DNA from: an uncultured Actinomycetes bacterium
GTDB taxonomy: Bacteria; Actinomycetota; Thermoleophilia; RBG-16-64-13
Assembly: GCA_963706025.1 (NCBI GenBank)
Contig: CAVPLM010000003.1
Location: forward strand, 224,001 to 288,000
DNA: 64,000 nt
Direction: 5' to 3'
The notes under the pieces were generated by a model, which had not been told where the DNA came from, ran no database searches, and was given only the letters and a program-made list of their open reading frames with translations. The position numbers and the translations under genes were made by a program. This document shows, piece by piece, positions 54,594 through 64,000 of the stretch (positions within the stretch are counted from its first letter, which is position 1; every line of letters begins with the position of its first letter).

Positions 54594-54719
54594 ATGGATA
54601 CGACGTTCGACGACGCCCTGGCCAATGTCCCCAGCCCCGCTTGTGCCGAGGAGCCGGCGATCCTCGAGGAAATCGAGGTCGAGGATCTGGCCGTAGACGG
54701 CATCTGCGGTGTCTACTGA
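54594..54719 (+). CDS. mftA: Mycofactocin precursor peptide, 41 aa; not in the supplied ORF track
   Basis: GGAGG RBS; MDTTFDDALANVPSPACAEEPAILEEIEVEDLAVDGICGVY*, matching the IDGxCGVY C-terminal signature. Confidence 0.95.
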   Translation: MDTTFDDALANVPSPACAEEPAILEEIEVEDLAVDGICGVY

Positions 54720-54972
54720 GCGAACGAGCGAGTATCTCGTGCCGGACTGGGTCCGCGTGCGGCGCGAGAGCTTCGGGCTGCTCTTCTACGATACCCGTTC
54801 CACTAGGCTGACGTTCGTGCGCTCCGGTGACAGCCTGGCGCCTCCGCCCTTCACCGGCCCCCTTCGCGCCCTCCGCGTGAACCCGGTCGACGAGGGGCGG
54901 CGTCCGGCGGTGTCGCGACTCCTGCAGAGCCTTGTAGCCAAAGGCCTCATCGTTGCCGCCGAGCCTCAGTAG
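54709..54972 (+). CDS. mftB: Mycofactocin RRE chaperone
   Basis: VRVRRESFGLLFYDTRSTRLTFVRS, L..L..KGLI; lies between mftA and mftC. Confidence 0.9.
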   Translation: MSTERTSEYLVPDWVRVRRESFGLLFYDTRSTRLTFVRSGDSLAPPPFTGPLRALRVNPVDEGRRPAVSRLLQSLVAKGLIVAAEPQ

Positions 54973-56018
54973 CACCCGGCTCCGCGCGCCGGTCAACGTC
55001 ACCTGGGAGATCACCGAGGCGTGTAACCTCCGCTGCACCCATTGCTTGTCCGCCGATCTGTGGGCGGGGGGGCGGGGCGAGCTCGACCTGGGCCAGTGCC
55101 GGGCTCTCATCGACGAACTGGCGCGCATGGAGGTCTTCCAGGTGAACTTCGGAGGCGGAGAGCCCTTCCTACGGGACGATTTCCTCGACATCCTCCGCTA
55201 CGCGCATTCCCGGGGCATTACCAACTGCGTCAGCACCAACGGGACGTTGCTCGAACGACGCTCTTGTCGATGAGCTACTGCGAGTGGCGCCCGTCTACCT
55301 ACAGGTGAGCCTTGACGGCGCGTGCGCCGATACCAACGACGCCATCCGAGGCCGGGGGACCTTCGCCCGCATCCTCGCGGGTATCGAGCTTCTCTCCGAG
55401 CGCGGCTATCCCGACTTCAGCCTCAACCTGGTGGTCACCCGCCTGAACGTGGCCGAGATCGCGGACTTCGACCGGCTCGCCCGGCGCTACGGCGCCAAGA
55501 CCCGTCTCTCCCGTTTCCGCCCCTCTGGAGCGGGGTGCAGCATCTGGGAGGACTACCGGCTGACCCGGGACCAGCTCCTGGCGCTCTCGGCCTTTCTGGG
55601 GGACCACTCGGAGATCCTGACCGGCGATTCGTTCTTCGCCCTTACCCCGGAGAGTCGCCGGGCCCTGGGGCTGAACATGTGCGGCGCGGCGAAGATGACC
55701 TGCGCCGTGGCGCCCGACGGCAGCGTCTATCCCTGCGCTTTCCTCTGTCACCCCGACTTTCTCGCCGGCAACGTCACCGCCGAGCCGTTCGCGGCCATCT
55801 TCCGCTCCTCGCCGGTGCTCGAACGGTTCCGGGAGCTCGAGGTAGATACGTGCCGCACCTGCGACCGCTTCTCCGTCTGCCACGGTGGCTGTCCGGCGGT
55901 GGCGTGTTTCCTCACTGAGTCGCTGGACCATCCCGACCCGGAGTGCCTGCGTGCTGTGTTGCCCGTCACGGAAGCGGTGCCCGTCAGGGAGGCGATACCC
56001 GCCAAGGAGGTGGCCTAG
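54953..56018 (+). CDS. mftC: Mycofactocin radical SAM/SPASM maturase, frameshift near 55255
   Basis: APVNVTWEIT, CNLRCTHC, GGGEP, STNG, QVSLDG, RFRPSG, LNMCGA..TC....DG.VYPC, CRTC...CHGGC, DPEC. Confidence 0.92.
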
Positions 56019-56021
56019 GCC

Positions 56022-57972
56022 ATGCAGTTCCCCAACCTCTTCAGCCCTTTGCGGATCGGTCGGGTGACCGTGCCCAACCGCATCTCCTTCTCCGCCCATC
56101 TGACGAACCTCGCGGATGACGCACTGCCCACCGACCGGCTCACACACTACCTGGCGGCCCGCGCCCGGGGCGGGACCGGCCTGATCATTACCGAAGAGCA
56201 GTCCGTCCACCCCACCGACCGGGCCTACGAGCGACTTATCGAGGCCTTCCGTCCGGAGGTCATCCCCGGCTACAGGCGGCTCACTCAGGCGGTCCACGCC
56301 TACGACACCCGCATCTTCGCCCAGCTCAACCACAACGGGCAGCAGTGCAGCGGCAGCCTTTCCCGGCTTCCCGTGTGGGCGCCCTCCCCCGTTCCGGACG
56401 TGCTCTACCGGGAGACGCCCAAGGCCATGGAGATCGAGGACATCCAGGAAATGATCGATCACTTCGCGCTTTCCGCGGTCCATGTCCGCGAAGGCGGGTT
56501 CGACGGGGTGGAGCTGCAGTTCGGTCACAGCTCGCTGGTGCGCCAGTTCATGTCGCCGCTCACGAACTATCCGGGGCGACGAGTACGGCGGCGACTTCGA
56601 GAACCGGATCCGGTTCGCCCTGCAGGTGATCGCCGCGGTCCGTGAGGCGGTGGGCGCCGACTTCACCCTGGGCGTACGCCTCTGCGCCGACGAGCTGATC
56701 CCCGGGGGACTCACCCTCGACGACGCCAAGCAGATCGCGCAGCGGCTCGAAGCGACCGGCCACCTGGACTACTTCAACCTCACTCTGGCCACCTTCTACA
56801 ACCTCTATCTGGTCGGGGGCCCCATGCATCTGCCTCTGGGCTACGCGGTCCCCTTGGCGGCCGGTATCAAGGAGGTGGCGACGCTCCCGGTGTTCGCCAC
56901 CGGGCGCATCAACGACCCGGCGATGGCCGAGCGGGTGCTGGCCGAAGGACAGGCCGACATGATCGGGGTGGTGCGGGGCCAGATCGCCGACCCCGACTTC
57001 GCCCGCAAGGCCCGCGAGGGCCGGACCGAGGAGATACGCTACTGCATAGCCTGCAACCAGAATTGCTACGGACGGGTGGGGCTCAACAAGACGATCGGGT
57101 GCGTCCAGAACCCCTTCGTAGGTCACGAAGACACCGAGGGAGAGTCGCATCTCCGGCCTGCGCTACGCAAGAAGCGGGTAATGGTCGTGGGCGGGGGCCC
57201 AGCGGGCATGTGGGCGGCCAAGATCGCCACCCTGCGGGGACACCAGGTGACCCTGTACGAGAAGGCCGAGGAGCTCGGCGGCCAGGTGCTCCTGGCCGCG
57301 AAGGGAGCAGGCAGGGACGAGTTCGGGGTGATCGTGCGTAACGAGCGCAACCAGTTGGCCCATCTGGGGGTGCCCGTGGAGCTTGGCGTGGAGGTCACGC
57401 CGGAGCTCGTTCTCGAACAGCAGCCGGACGCGGTGATCGTGGCCACCGGGTCGCGTCCCAAGGCCAGCCCGGTCGCCGGCGCCGACGGCCCCCATATCTT
57501 CAACGTGTGGCAGGTCCTGAGCGGGGAGGCAGAGCTGGGCGAGAAGGTGCTCTTGATCGACTACGACGGCCACCACCAGGCGACGGCCACGGCGGAGTTC
57601 CTCGCCGAGCTCGGCAAGACCGTGCACGTGGTGACCTCGAGCCTCTTCGTGGGAGCTGAGCTGGGTCCGTCGCAGGATCTCTATCTCACCCGGCAGCGAC
57701 TGCTCCAGAAAGGGGTCACCTTCACCCCCGACTTCGCGGTCATGGAGATCAAGGGCACGGAGGTCCACGGTTTCAACGTCTACTCCAATGTCTGGGACGT
57801 GTTCTCGGGTCACGACAGCATCGTCACCGCCATGGGCAACGACGCCTACGACGGTCTCTACTTCGCCCTCAAGGGGAAGGTACCCGAGCTCTACCGTATC
57901 GGCGACTGCGTGGCGCCGCGGAAGGTGGACATGGCCATCCACGAAGGCTACATGGCCGGCAAGCGCGTGTGA
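56022..57972 (+). CDS. FadH/OYE (TMADH-like) flavoenzyme with 4Fe-4S, mycofactocin-associated type; frameshift near 56570
   Basis: NRISFSAH, RARGGTGLII, GFDGVELQ..H, N.R.DEYGG..ENR, CIACNQNC-x11-C, VVGGGPAG. Confidence 0.88.
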
Positions 57973-59060
57973 GTACCAGTGGCGACAACGCGACGCCCGC
58001 GGTGGCTGCCGGCCCTAGCAGCGGCGGCGCGCGCGCCCTCCTCGTGGTCGTCGAGCCGCCGAGCGGAGGGAGCGAAGCGGTCGGAATGGTCGGCGCGGCG
58101 GGGGCCGTTCTCCTCACCGAAGGCGCCCGGCTCGCTCGCGATCTGGGGGTAGACCCGCACTTTGTCACCTGGCCGGCCGGGGCGGAAGTCGACCCCGAGC
58201 TGCTGGCCGCGGCGCTGGCCGATCTCGTCGAGCACACGCGGGCGAGGGCCGTCGTACTGGCCGACACCGATGTCGGCCGCCAGCTCGCGCCCATGGTGGC
58301 CCACCGACTGGGCTCCGGGGCCGTAGTAGGCTGCAGCGACGTGCTGCTGCGCGAGGAAGCCGAGGGGGGCGGCCGGGCGGGCCGGCGGGCGGACGGTGGA
58401 CCGGGCTCCTGCGCGGAAGGTGGACGGGGACCGCGGACCCTTGCGTTCGTGAAGCCGGTCTACGGGGGCTGGTTGGAACGGGAGATCGAACCCGGGGCCG
58501 GCGTCGTACCGGTCGCGACCCTGGACCTCACCGGGATGGAGGCGCCGGACTCTCCTTCGGACGGGTTGCCGACCCCAGAGGTCCTGCAGATCGAGGTCGG
58601 CGCGCCCGGCGCGCAACCGCACGTCCAGCACCTCGAGACCATCCCCCCGGACCCTCGGTCCGTGGACCTGGTCCATGCCAGACGCATCGTGGCCGCTGGG
58701 GCGGGAAGTGCGAGCGAAGATCTCCTGGCCGCGGTGCGGGAGCTGGCCGAGCTTCTCGAGGGTTCGGTGGGAGCTACTAGGCCGGTGGTCGACGACGGGC
58801 GCCTCCCCAAGGAGCGGCTTATCGGTCAGACGGGTAGGACGGTGACCCCTGAGTTGTACCTCGCGCTTGGGATCTCGGGTTCCCCTCACCACGTGGCGGG
58901 GGTGCGGAAGGCCGATCGGATCCTCTCTATCAACCGGGATGTACGTGCCCCCATCTTCCAGTTCTCCGACGTCGGCTATGTCGCAGACCTGGAGGTGGTG
59001 CTGCCCGGCCTCGTGCAGAGGATCAAGGAGTGGCGGGATGCCCCCGGCAGTCCCGACTAG
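57969..59060 (+). CDS. fixB: Electron transfer flavoprotein alpha subunit
   Basis: KPVYGG, GATRPVVD, IGQTGRTV.PELYLALGISG, INRD..APIF..SDVG.VADL. Confidence 0.9.
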   Translation: MSTSGDNATPAVAAGPSSGGARALLVVVEPPSGGSEAVGMVGAAGAVLLTEGARLARDLGVDPHFVTWPAGAEVDPELLAAALADLVEHTRARAVVLADTDVGRQLAPMVAHRLGSGAVVGCSDVLLREEAEGGGRAGRRADGGPGSCAEGGRGPRTLAFVKPVYGGWLEREIEPGAGVVPVATLDLTGMEAPDSPSDGLPTPEVLQIEVGAPGAQPHVQHLETIPPDPRSVDLVHARRIVAAGAGSASEDLLAAVRELAELLEGSVGATRPVVDDGRLPKERLIGQTGRTVTPELYLALGISGSPHHVAGVRKADRILSINRDVRAPIFQFSDVGYVADLEVVLPGLVQRIKEWRDAPGSPD

Positions 59061-60483
59061 CCCCGTTGGCGCATCCACCGGTAGCGGCGCAGGCGTTCGC
59101 GGAGGCTCCGCCCCGGGTGCGCCCACTCCCGGCGCCTCCGTCCGCGGCTCCTCCGGAGGGTTCGATGCCATAGTCGTCGGCGCGGGCCCGGCCGGCACGA
59201 GCGCGGCGCTCGGCCTAGCACAGAAAGGGGCCAAGGTCCTCCTCCTGGAGCGAGGCGAGTACCCCGGGGCCAAGAACATGTTCGGCGGGATGACGGCCTA
59301 CTGCCCGGCTCCAGAGCAGCTGGTACCCGACTTCTGGGAGCGTGCTCCTTGGGAGCGAGCGGTGACCAAGCGGGTGCTCTCCGTGGTGGGCGAGGCTTCC
59401 TCCACCTCGCTGGTCTTCCATGCCAACTCCGACTCCGATCGACCCTCGGCGGGCGCCGGCTCGACCTCCGACCGGACCCTGACCGGGTTCACCCTCTTCC
59501 GCCCTCTCTTCGACCGCTGGTACGCGGAGCAGGCGGTCGCCCAGGGAGTGACCCTGCTCACCGGCTGCCGCGCGGAGGGTCTGCTGATGCGCGATGGAGC
59601 CGTCCGGGGAGTGCGTGTGACTGGGGTCGACGACATCGTGGAGGCTCCTCTGGTCATCGCCTGCGACGGGACCCTGTCCTTCCTGGCCCAAGAAGCCGGG
59701 CTGCATGGAGGCTTCAAGCCGGAACAGGTGGCGCTCGGAGTCCGAGCTCTTTACCGGCTGACCGAGGAGGAGATCAACGACCGCTTCGGCCTCACCGGCC
59801 GCGAGGGCGCTACCCACGAGTTCCTGGGCTGCACAGAAGGGATCCGTGGAGGCGGCTTCATCTACACCCAGACCGAGACCCTCTCGGTGGGCCTGGTGAT
59901 GCACCTCGACTCGCTGAAATCACGGGGGATACCGCCCTACGAGATGATGGAGCGTTTCATCGTCTCCAGCCCGGTGGCTTCGATGCTTCGGGGGGCCCGG
60001 CTGGTTGAGTACTCGGCCCACCTGCTGCCGGAGGCCGGCATGCGCATGGTACCTCGCTTGTCCACCGAGGGATTGCTGGTCGCCGGGGACGCCGCCGGGT
60101 TCTGCTACACGAACGGACTCACCCAGGAAGGGATGAACCTGGCCATGACCTCGGGCCTCGTGGCAGGCCGGGTGGCCGCGGAAGCCCTGGCCGAGGGCGA
60201 CTTCTCCGCGGCCCGTCTCGCGCGCTACGCGGAAGAACTCAAGCAGAGCTTCGTCCTGCGCGACCTGACCACGTTCGGTCGGGCCATCGATTTCCTGCAC
60301 CATGACCGGCTGTTCACGGTCTACCCGCGGGTGGTGAGCGCGCTCATGGAGGACGTCTACCGCTCCGACGGCAGCCCCAAGGAGAAGATCGGCCGCCTGG
60401 GCCGCAGGGCGGTGAAGGACGAGGTACCGTTACGTCAGCTGATCGCGGACCTGTTCGGAGGAGGGAGGGCGTTCCTGTGGTAG
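59038..60483 (+). CDS. fixC: FixC-like ETF:quinone oxidoreductase flavoprotein
   Basis: FDAIVVGAGPAG, ERGEYPGAKNMFGG, APWER, GGGFIYT..E..SVG, EYSAHLLPE, GDAAG, GMNLAMTSG. Confidence 0.9.
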   Translation: MPPAVPTSPVGASTGSGAGVRGGSAPGAPTPGASVRGSSGGFDAIVVGAGPAGTSAALGLAQKGAKVLLLERGEYPGAKNMFGGMTAYCPAPEQLVPDFWERAPWERAVTKRVLSVVGEASSTSLVFHANSDSDRPSAGAGSTSDRTLTGFTLFRPLFDRWYAEQAVAQGVTLLTGCRAEGLLMRDGAVRGVRVTGVDDIVEAPLVIACDGTLSFLAQEAGLHGGFKPEQVALGVRALYRLTEEEINDRFGLTGREGATHEFLGCTEGIRGGGFIYTQTETLSVGLVMHLDSLKSRGIPPYEMMERFIVSSPVASMLRGARLVEYSAHLLPEAGMRMVPRLSTEGLLVAGDAAGFCYTNGLTQEGMNLAMTSGLVAGRVAAEALAEGDFSAARLARYAEELKQSFVLRDLTTFGRAIDFLHHDRLFTVYPRVVSALMEDVYRSDGSPKEKIGRLGRRAVKDEVPLRQLIADLFGGGRAFLW

Positions 60484-60752
60484 TCGATGAACTGTTCGAC
60501 CTGGTGAGCTACCGGATCCACCCCGAGGCACACATCCTCCTAAACCAGGACGTCTGCCAGGACTGCACCCATCGCGCGTGCACCTTTGCCTGCCCCGCGC
60601 GCTGCTACACCTGGAGCGAGGAGCGAGCCCGGGTGGAGTTCGCCTACGAGGCATGTCTGGAATGCGGCACCTGCCTGCTCCTTTGCGACCGCGAAGCTCT
60701 TGACTGGCATTACCCCCATGGAGGGTATGGTGTGCGCTTCCGACTCACATAG
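60477..60752 (+). CDS. fixX: FixX-like ferredoxin
   Basis: CQDC....CTFACPARCY, EACLECGTC, W.YP.GGYGV. Confidence 0.9.
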   Translation: MVVDELFDLVSYRIHPEAHILLNQDVCQDCTHRACTFACPARCYTWSEERARVEFAYEACLECGTCLLLCDREALDWHYPHGGYGVRFRLT

Positions 60753-60888
60753 TTTCCAAGCGGCCACTCCGATTGCCGGTGGGATTCCGCCGTGGCGTCC
60801 GCGCCGTCGGCGACCGCGCGCGGCGGCGAGGCCCGCTCTCGCCGCGCGGACTCGCCGGCATGTGGGCGCCCCCATGGGGAGTCTACCG

Positions 60889-61863
60889 ATGAAGCTGCTC
60901 GTCTTCCTGGAGCTGGGCGCCGACGTGCGCATCCCGCCGGAGCGCGATTCGCGCAGCGGACGTGTCCGCGAGGATTGGCTCGTGCGGGAGATCGATCCGG
61001 CCGGCGCTCGTGCCCTCGACCTTGCGTTGGGCGTGAAGGCGGCCCGACCGGGTACCGAAGTGACCCTTTTCCACCTCGGGCCGCCGAACAACGAACCCTG
61101 GCTCCGTCAAGCCCTGGCCCGGGGCTGCGACCGGGCGGTGCGCGTCTGGGATGACGAGGTCGCCGAGGTCCGAGCCGCGGGCAAGGCGGTCGTCCTGGCC
61201 GCCGCCGCGGAGGCAGCCGGCTTCGACCTTGCTCTTGCTGGAGCCGCAGGCGTCATCAACAACAGCGGTCAGTTCGGTGTGCTTCTCGCCGCTCATCTGG
61301 GCTTGCCCTGCGTGACCCAGGTGATCGACATCGTGCTCTCGGACGGCACAGGTAGCGTGGAGATGAGCCGCGGTCTGGACAAGGGCTTTCGCGAGCGGGT
61401 GGAGGTGCCCCTGCCCGCCGTGGTGACCGTAGCGGCCGGCGGGCCCACTTCAGATGGCGCGCCGCCGCCCGATGTCTCTGCCGCCGCCTTCCTGGCTGCC
61501 CATGACTACGAGATCACGGTGTGGGACCTGGCCGACCTGGGAGTGCCCCGCGAGAGGGTCCGGCGCGCCGACCAGCCCCTCAGATACGGCCGTCCCCGTC
61601 CTCGTCAGCCCCGGCTTCATAATCTCGCGGCGCCCGACCCAGCTCTGCCGGCTTTCGACCGTATCCTGGAGCTTGTCCGAGGATCGGTGCAGACGCGTCA
61701 GGGCCGCGTCGTTCAGCAGCCCGCGGAAGCGATCGTAGAGGAGATCTTCAAGACTCTGAGGGATGAGGGCTGGCTCGATCACCTCCGTGCCGGCGAGGGC
61801 CGCGGTGCCGATGGCTCGATCCCCGCCGCCGGCCCGACCCCGGAGGCCGGTGAGCCTCTTTGA
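60889..61863 (+). CDS. fixA: Electron transfer flavoprotein beta subunit, divergent
   Basis: ALDLAL, LGPP, LRQALARGCDRAVRV, DL.LAG, LAAHLGLPCVT, LPAVVTV, W..ADLG. Confidence 0.8.
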   Translation: MKLLVFLELGADVRIPPERDSRSGRVREDWLVREIDPAGARALDLALGVKAARPGTEVTLFHLGPPNNEPWLRQALARGCDRAVRVWDDEVAEVRAAGKAVVLAAAAEAAGFDLALAGAAGVINNSGQFGVLLAAHLGLPCVTQVIDIVLSDGTGSVEMSRGLDKGFRERVEVPLPAVVTVAAGGPTSDGAPPPDVSAAAFLAAHDYEITVWDLADLGVPRERVRRADQPLRYGRPRPRQPRLHNLAAPDPALPAFDRILELVRGSVQTRQGRVVQQPAEAIVEEIFKTLRDEGWLDHLRAGEGRGADGSIPAAGPTPEAGEPL

Positions 61864-63404
61864 TACCCTTGGAGTACCGGCTTCGTGAGTCGGTGCGGTT
61901 CGAACAGAATACCGACGGTACCTGGTGCGTAGTATCCGAGCTGCCTCTCAGCGTGGTGACGGTCAACGCGTCCGCCGTCCGGCTCTTGGAACGTACCCGT
62001 GACGGCGCCTCGATCACCGATATCGCTGCCGAGCTCCGCATTCCTGAAGAACGGATCTTCACCCTATGCGAGTACTTTCGCGGCCGGGGGATCCTCGAAG
62101 TCGGCCGGTCGAGTCCCGATCCCGACTTCGCGCCGTCGGCAACGGTGATCGTCCCCACCCGCGACCGCGCGAACGATCTGGACGACTGTCTGGGCGCTCT
62201 TGCTCACCTGGACTACCCGCGCGACCGGCTCGAAGTGATCGTCGTCGACGATGGCTCCGCCGACCCGGACGCGGTCGCGGAAGTCGTCGCTCGCCACGGT
62301 TGCCGCCTGCTGGTCAACGAGCGCAACCGAGGCCCCTCCTACTCGCGCAACCGAGCCGCCCGCGAAGCGGCGGGCGAGATACTCGCGCTGGTCGACAGCG
62401 ACTGCGTGACCGGCCCGGGCTGGCTCCGGGAACTCACGCCCTACTTCTCCTGGGAACGCGTGGGAGCGGTAGGAGGCCGTACGCTCGGCTACTACACCGA
62501 GTCGCGGCTCGACCGATACGAGGAGGTCGCTTCTCCTCTCGACATGGGCAGGCATCTGGTCCTGAAGACGCGAGGAAGCGACACGTTCTACGTTCCCACG
62601 TGCAATCTCCTGGTGCGCCGGTCCGTGTACCTCGATCTGGGGGGCTTACGCGAAGACCTGCTTGTGGGTGAGGACGTGGACTTCTGCTGGCGTCTCCGGG
62701 CATCCGGGGCCTATCTCGTATACGCCCCCGAAGGGACGGTGCGCCATAAGCACCGCAACCACCTGGGTTCGATGCTCCAGCGGCGGGCGGACTACGGGAC
62801 CTCCGAAGCCACGCTCCACGCGCTCCATCGCGACAAGCGCAAGCGCTTCCCGCTGGCCCCGGCTCCCTTGGCGACCGTAACCATGTTCTCAGCGGCTCTG
62901 GTCGGGATGCAGCCAGGGTTGCTGCCTATCTGCTTGGCGCCGCCGCTGTGGGACGGGGCGCGTCGTTCACTTCATCTGCGGCGCAGCGGGATCGATCTGC
63001 CCGCCGGGCGCGTGTGGTCTTCCGTGTTCCGTGGACACCTCTCCATGCTCTACTTCGTCTACTTCCATCTTGTGCGGTACTACCTGGTGCCTTTGGCCAC
63101 GGCGGGTCTCTTTGCCCCGGGTGTTCGGCTGCTCACTGCCTTCGCCGTCCTGTACTCCTCGGCCGTCGACTACTCCACCAAAGGGCCTCGGATCGGTTAC
63201 CCCACGTACCTCGGCTACTACCTGGCGGAGCACACGGCATATCAGATGGGTGTCATCGCGGGCTGCGTCCGCGCGCGGACCTTCCGGTCGTATCTACCGG
63301 CGGTCCAGCGGGACCGGTCGTCCGGAGACTGGCAGGCCGCGCGGGAAGAGCCCCAGGGCCACGCTGCCAGGATGCGCGGTGCCAGAACCCGTGTTTCTGG
63401 GTAA
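61860..63404 (+). CDS. mftF: Mycofactocin glycosyltransferase (GT2)
   Basis: VIVPTRDR, VVDDGS, N.GP...RN, VDSD, L.RYE...SPLDMG, YVPTCNLLVRR, GEDVDFCWR, YGTSEA.L. Confidence 0.9.
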   Translation: MIPLEYRLRESVRFEQNTDGTWCVVSELPLSVVTVNASAVRLLERTRDGASITDIAAELRIPEERIFTLCEYFRGRGILEVGRSSPDPDFAPSATVIVPTRDRANDLDDCLGALAHLDYPRDRLEVIVVDDGSADPDAVAEVVARHGCRLLVNERNRGPSYSRNRAAREAAGEILALVDSDCVTGPGWLRELTPYFSWERVGAVGGRTLGYYTESRLDRYEEVASPLDMGRHLVLKTRGSDTFYVPTCNLLVRRSVYLDLGGLREDLLVGEDVDFCWRLRASGAYLVYAPEGTVRHKHRNHLGSMLQRRADYGTSEATLHALHRDKRKRFPLAPAPLATVTMFSAALVGMQPGLLPICLAPPLWDGARRSLHLRRSGIDLPAGRVWSSVFRGHLSMLYFVYFHLVRYYLVPLATAGLFAPGVRLLTAFAVLYSSAVDYSTKGPRIGYPTYLGYYLAEHTAYQMGVIAGCVRARTFRSYLPAVQRDRSSGDWQAAREEPQGHAARMRGARTRVSG

Positions 63405-63480
63405 GAGATGACCATAGGGCCGAAATGGGCTTGATGTCGGAGGACCTGGAGAAACGGTTGACCTGGCTGGGAGGAAGAAG

Positions 63481-63834
63481 ATGGGTCGCTTGGTGGATGT
63501 CGGAGCAGCGGGGGACTTCGCAGACGGGACGATGCGGGCGGTGACCGTCGAGGGGCGCGAGCTGCTGGTCGCCCGGGTGGGCGACGCGTACTACGCAGCC
63601 GACGAACGGTGCCCTCACATGGGGGGAAGGCTGTCCCAGGGCAAGTTGGAGGGCACGATCGTCACCTGTCCTCGGCACGGATCTCGCTTCGACCTGGCCG
63701 ACGGGCGCATGGTCCGGTGGACCGACTGGTCGGGTCTCACCCTCACTCTGGCGAAGACATTCAAGTCGCCGCGGCCCATCAGAACCTATGCCACACAGGT
63801 ACAGGCTGACCGTTTGACGGTGGAGCTCGAGTAA
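63481..63834 (+). CDS. Rieske [2Fe-2S] ferredoxin
   Basis: CPHMGG and CPRHGSRFDL motifs. Confidence 0.9.
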   Translation: MGRLVDVGAAGDFADGTMRAVTVEGRELLVARVGDAYYAADERCPHMGGRLSQGKLEGTIVTCPRHGSRFDLADGRMVRWTDWSGLTLTLAKTFKSPRPIRTYATQVQADRLTVELE

Positions 63835-64000
63835 GGGGCGGGAACCGGTTGCGACCCGGGCGGCGGTCGTCGACCCGGGCGTCGGTGGCCGCGTTCGCGG
63901 CCTGGCCCGGGTGCTGGCGACGGCCGGGTATCAGCGGGGGCGTTCTTGGTCTGACCCGGGGTATCATTGACCAAGCTGCGGAGCGGCGCTCGGTCTGGTG

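Noticed and set aside
55250-55290. TGA ending the first mftC ORF as a possible selenocysteine codon, given nearby selAB
   Set aside because: Homology continues in a different frame; one extra A explains the break, so readthrough would not restore the protein

Overview
High-GC bacterial chromosomal window, most consistent with an anaerobic or microaerophilic Actinomycetota lineage such as Thermoleophilia (inference from gene content). Contents in order: a MalT-like LuxR regulator; an MtrAB-like two-component system with a GerMN lipoprotein; nrdR-nrdJ with tandem NrdR boxes and a LAGLIDADG intein at the catalytic Cys; a DUF3160 lipoprotein; ferredoxin-iscS-iscU; a core (MesB-like) methionine synthase; MoxR-DUF58-transglutaminase; a very long Ile T-box leader ahead of ileS; mtaB-dtd-hisJ-DAGK-TPR genes; a GtrA/GT2/GT-C glycosylation trio; tRNA-Ala(CGC); nfeD-SPFH; manC; a sortase; a polyprenyl synthase; selA-selB; and, from 53.4 to 63.8 kb, a mycofactocin locus. 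That locus (ADH, mftA, mftB, mftC, OYE/TMADH-like flavoenzyme, fixB, fixC, fixX, fixA, mftF, Rieske protein) has no mftD, mftE, mftG or mftR in view and carries a full ETF/FixCX electron-transfer chain. It is the best candidate for an under-described, O2-independent mycofactocin system. More than a dozen genes carry apparent single-base frameshifts, several in short homopolymers; these are most likely long-read consensus errors rather than pseudogenes. All family assignments come from motif recognition only, with no database searches.
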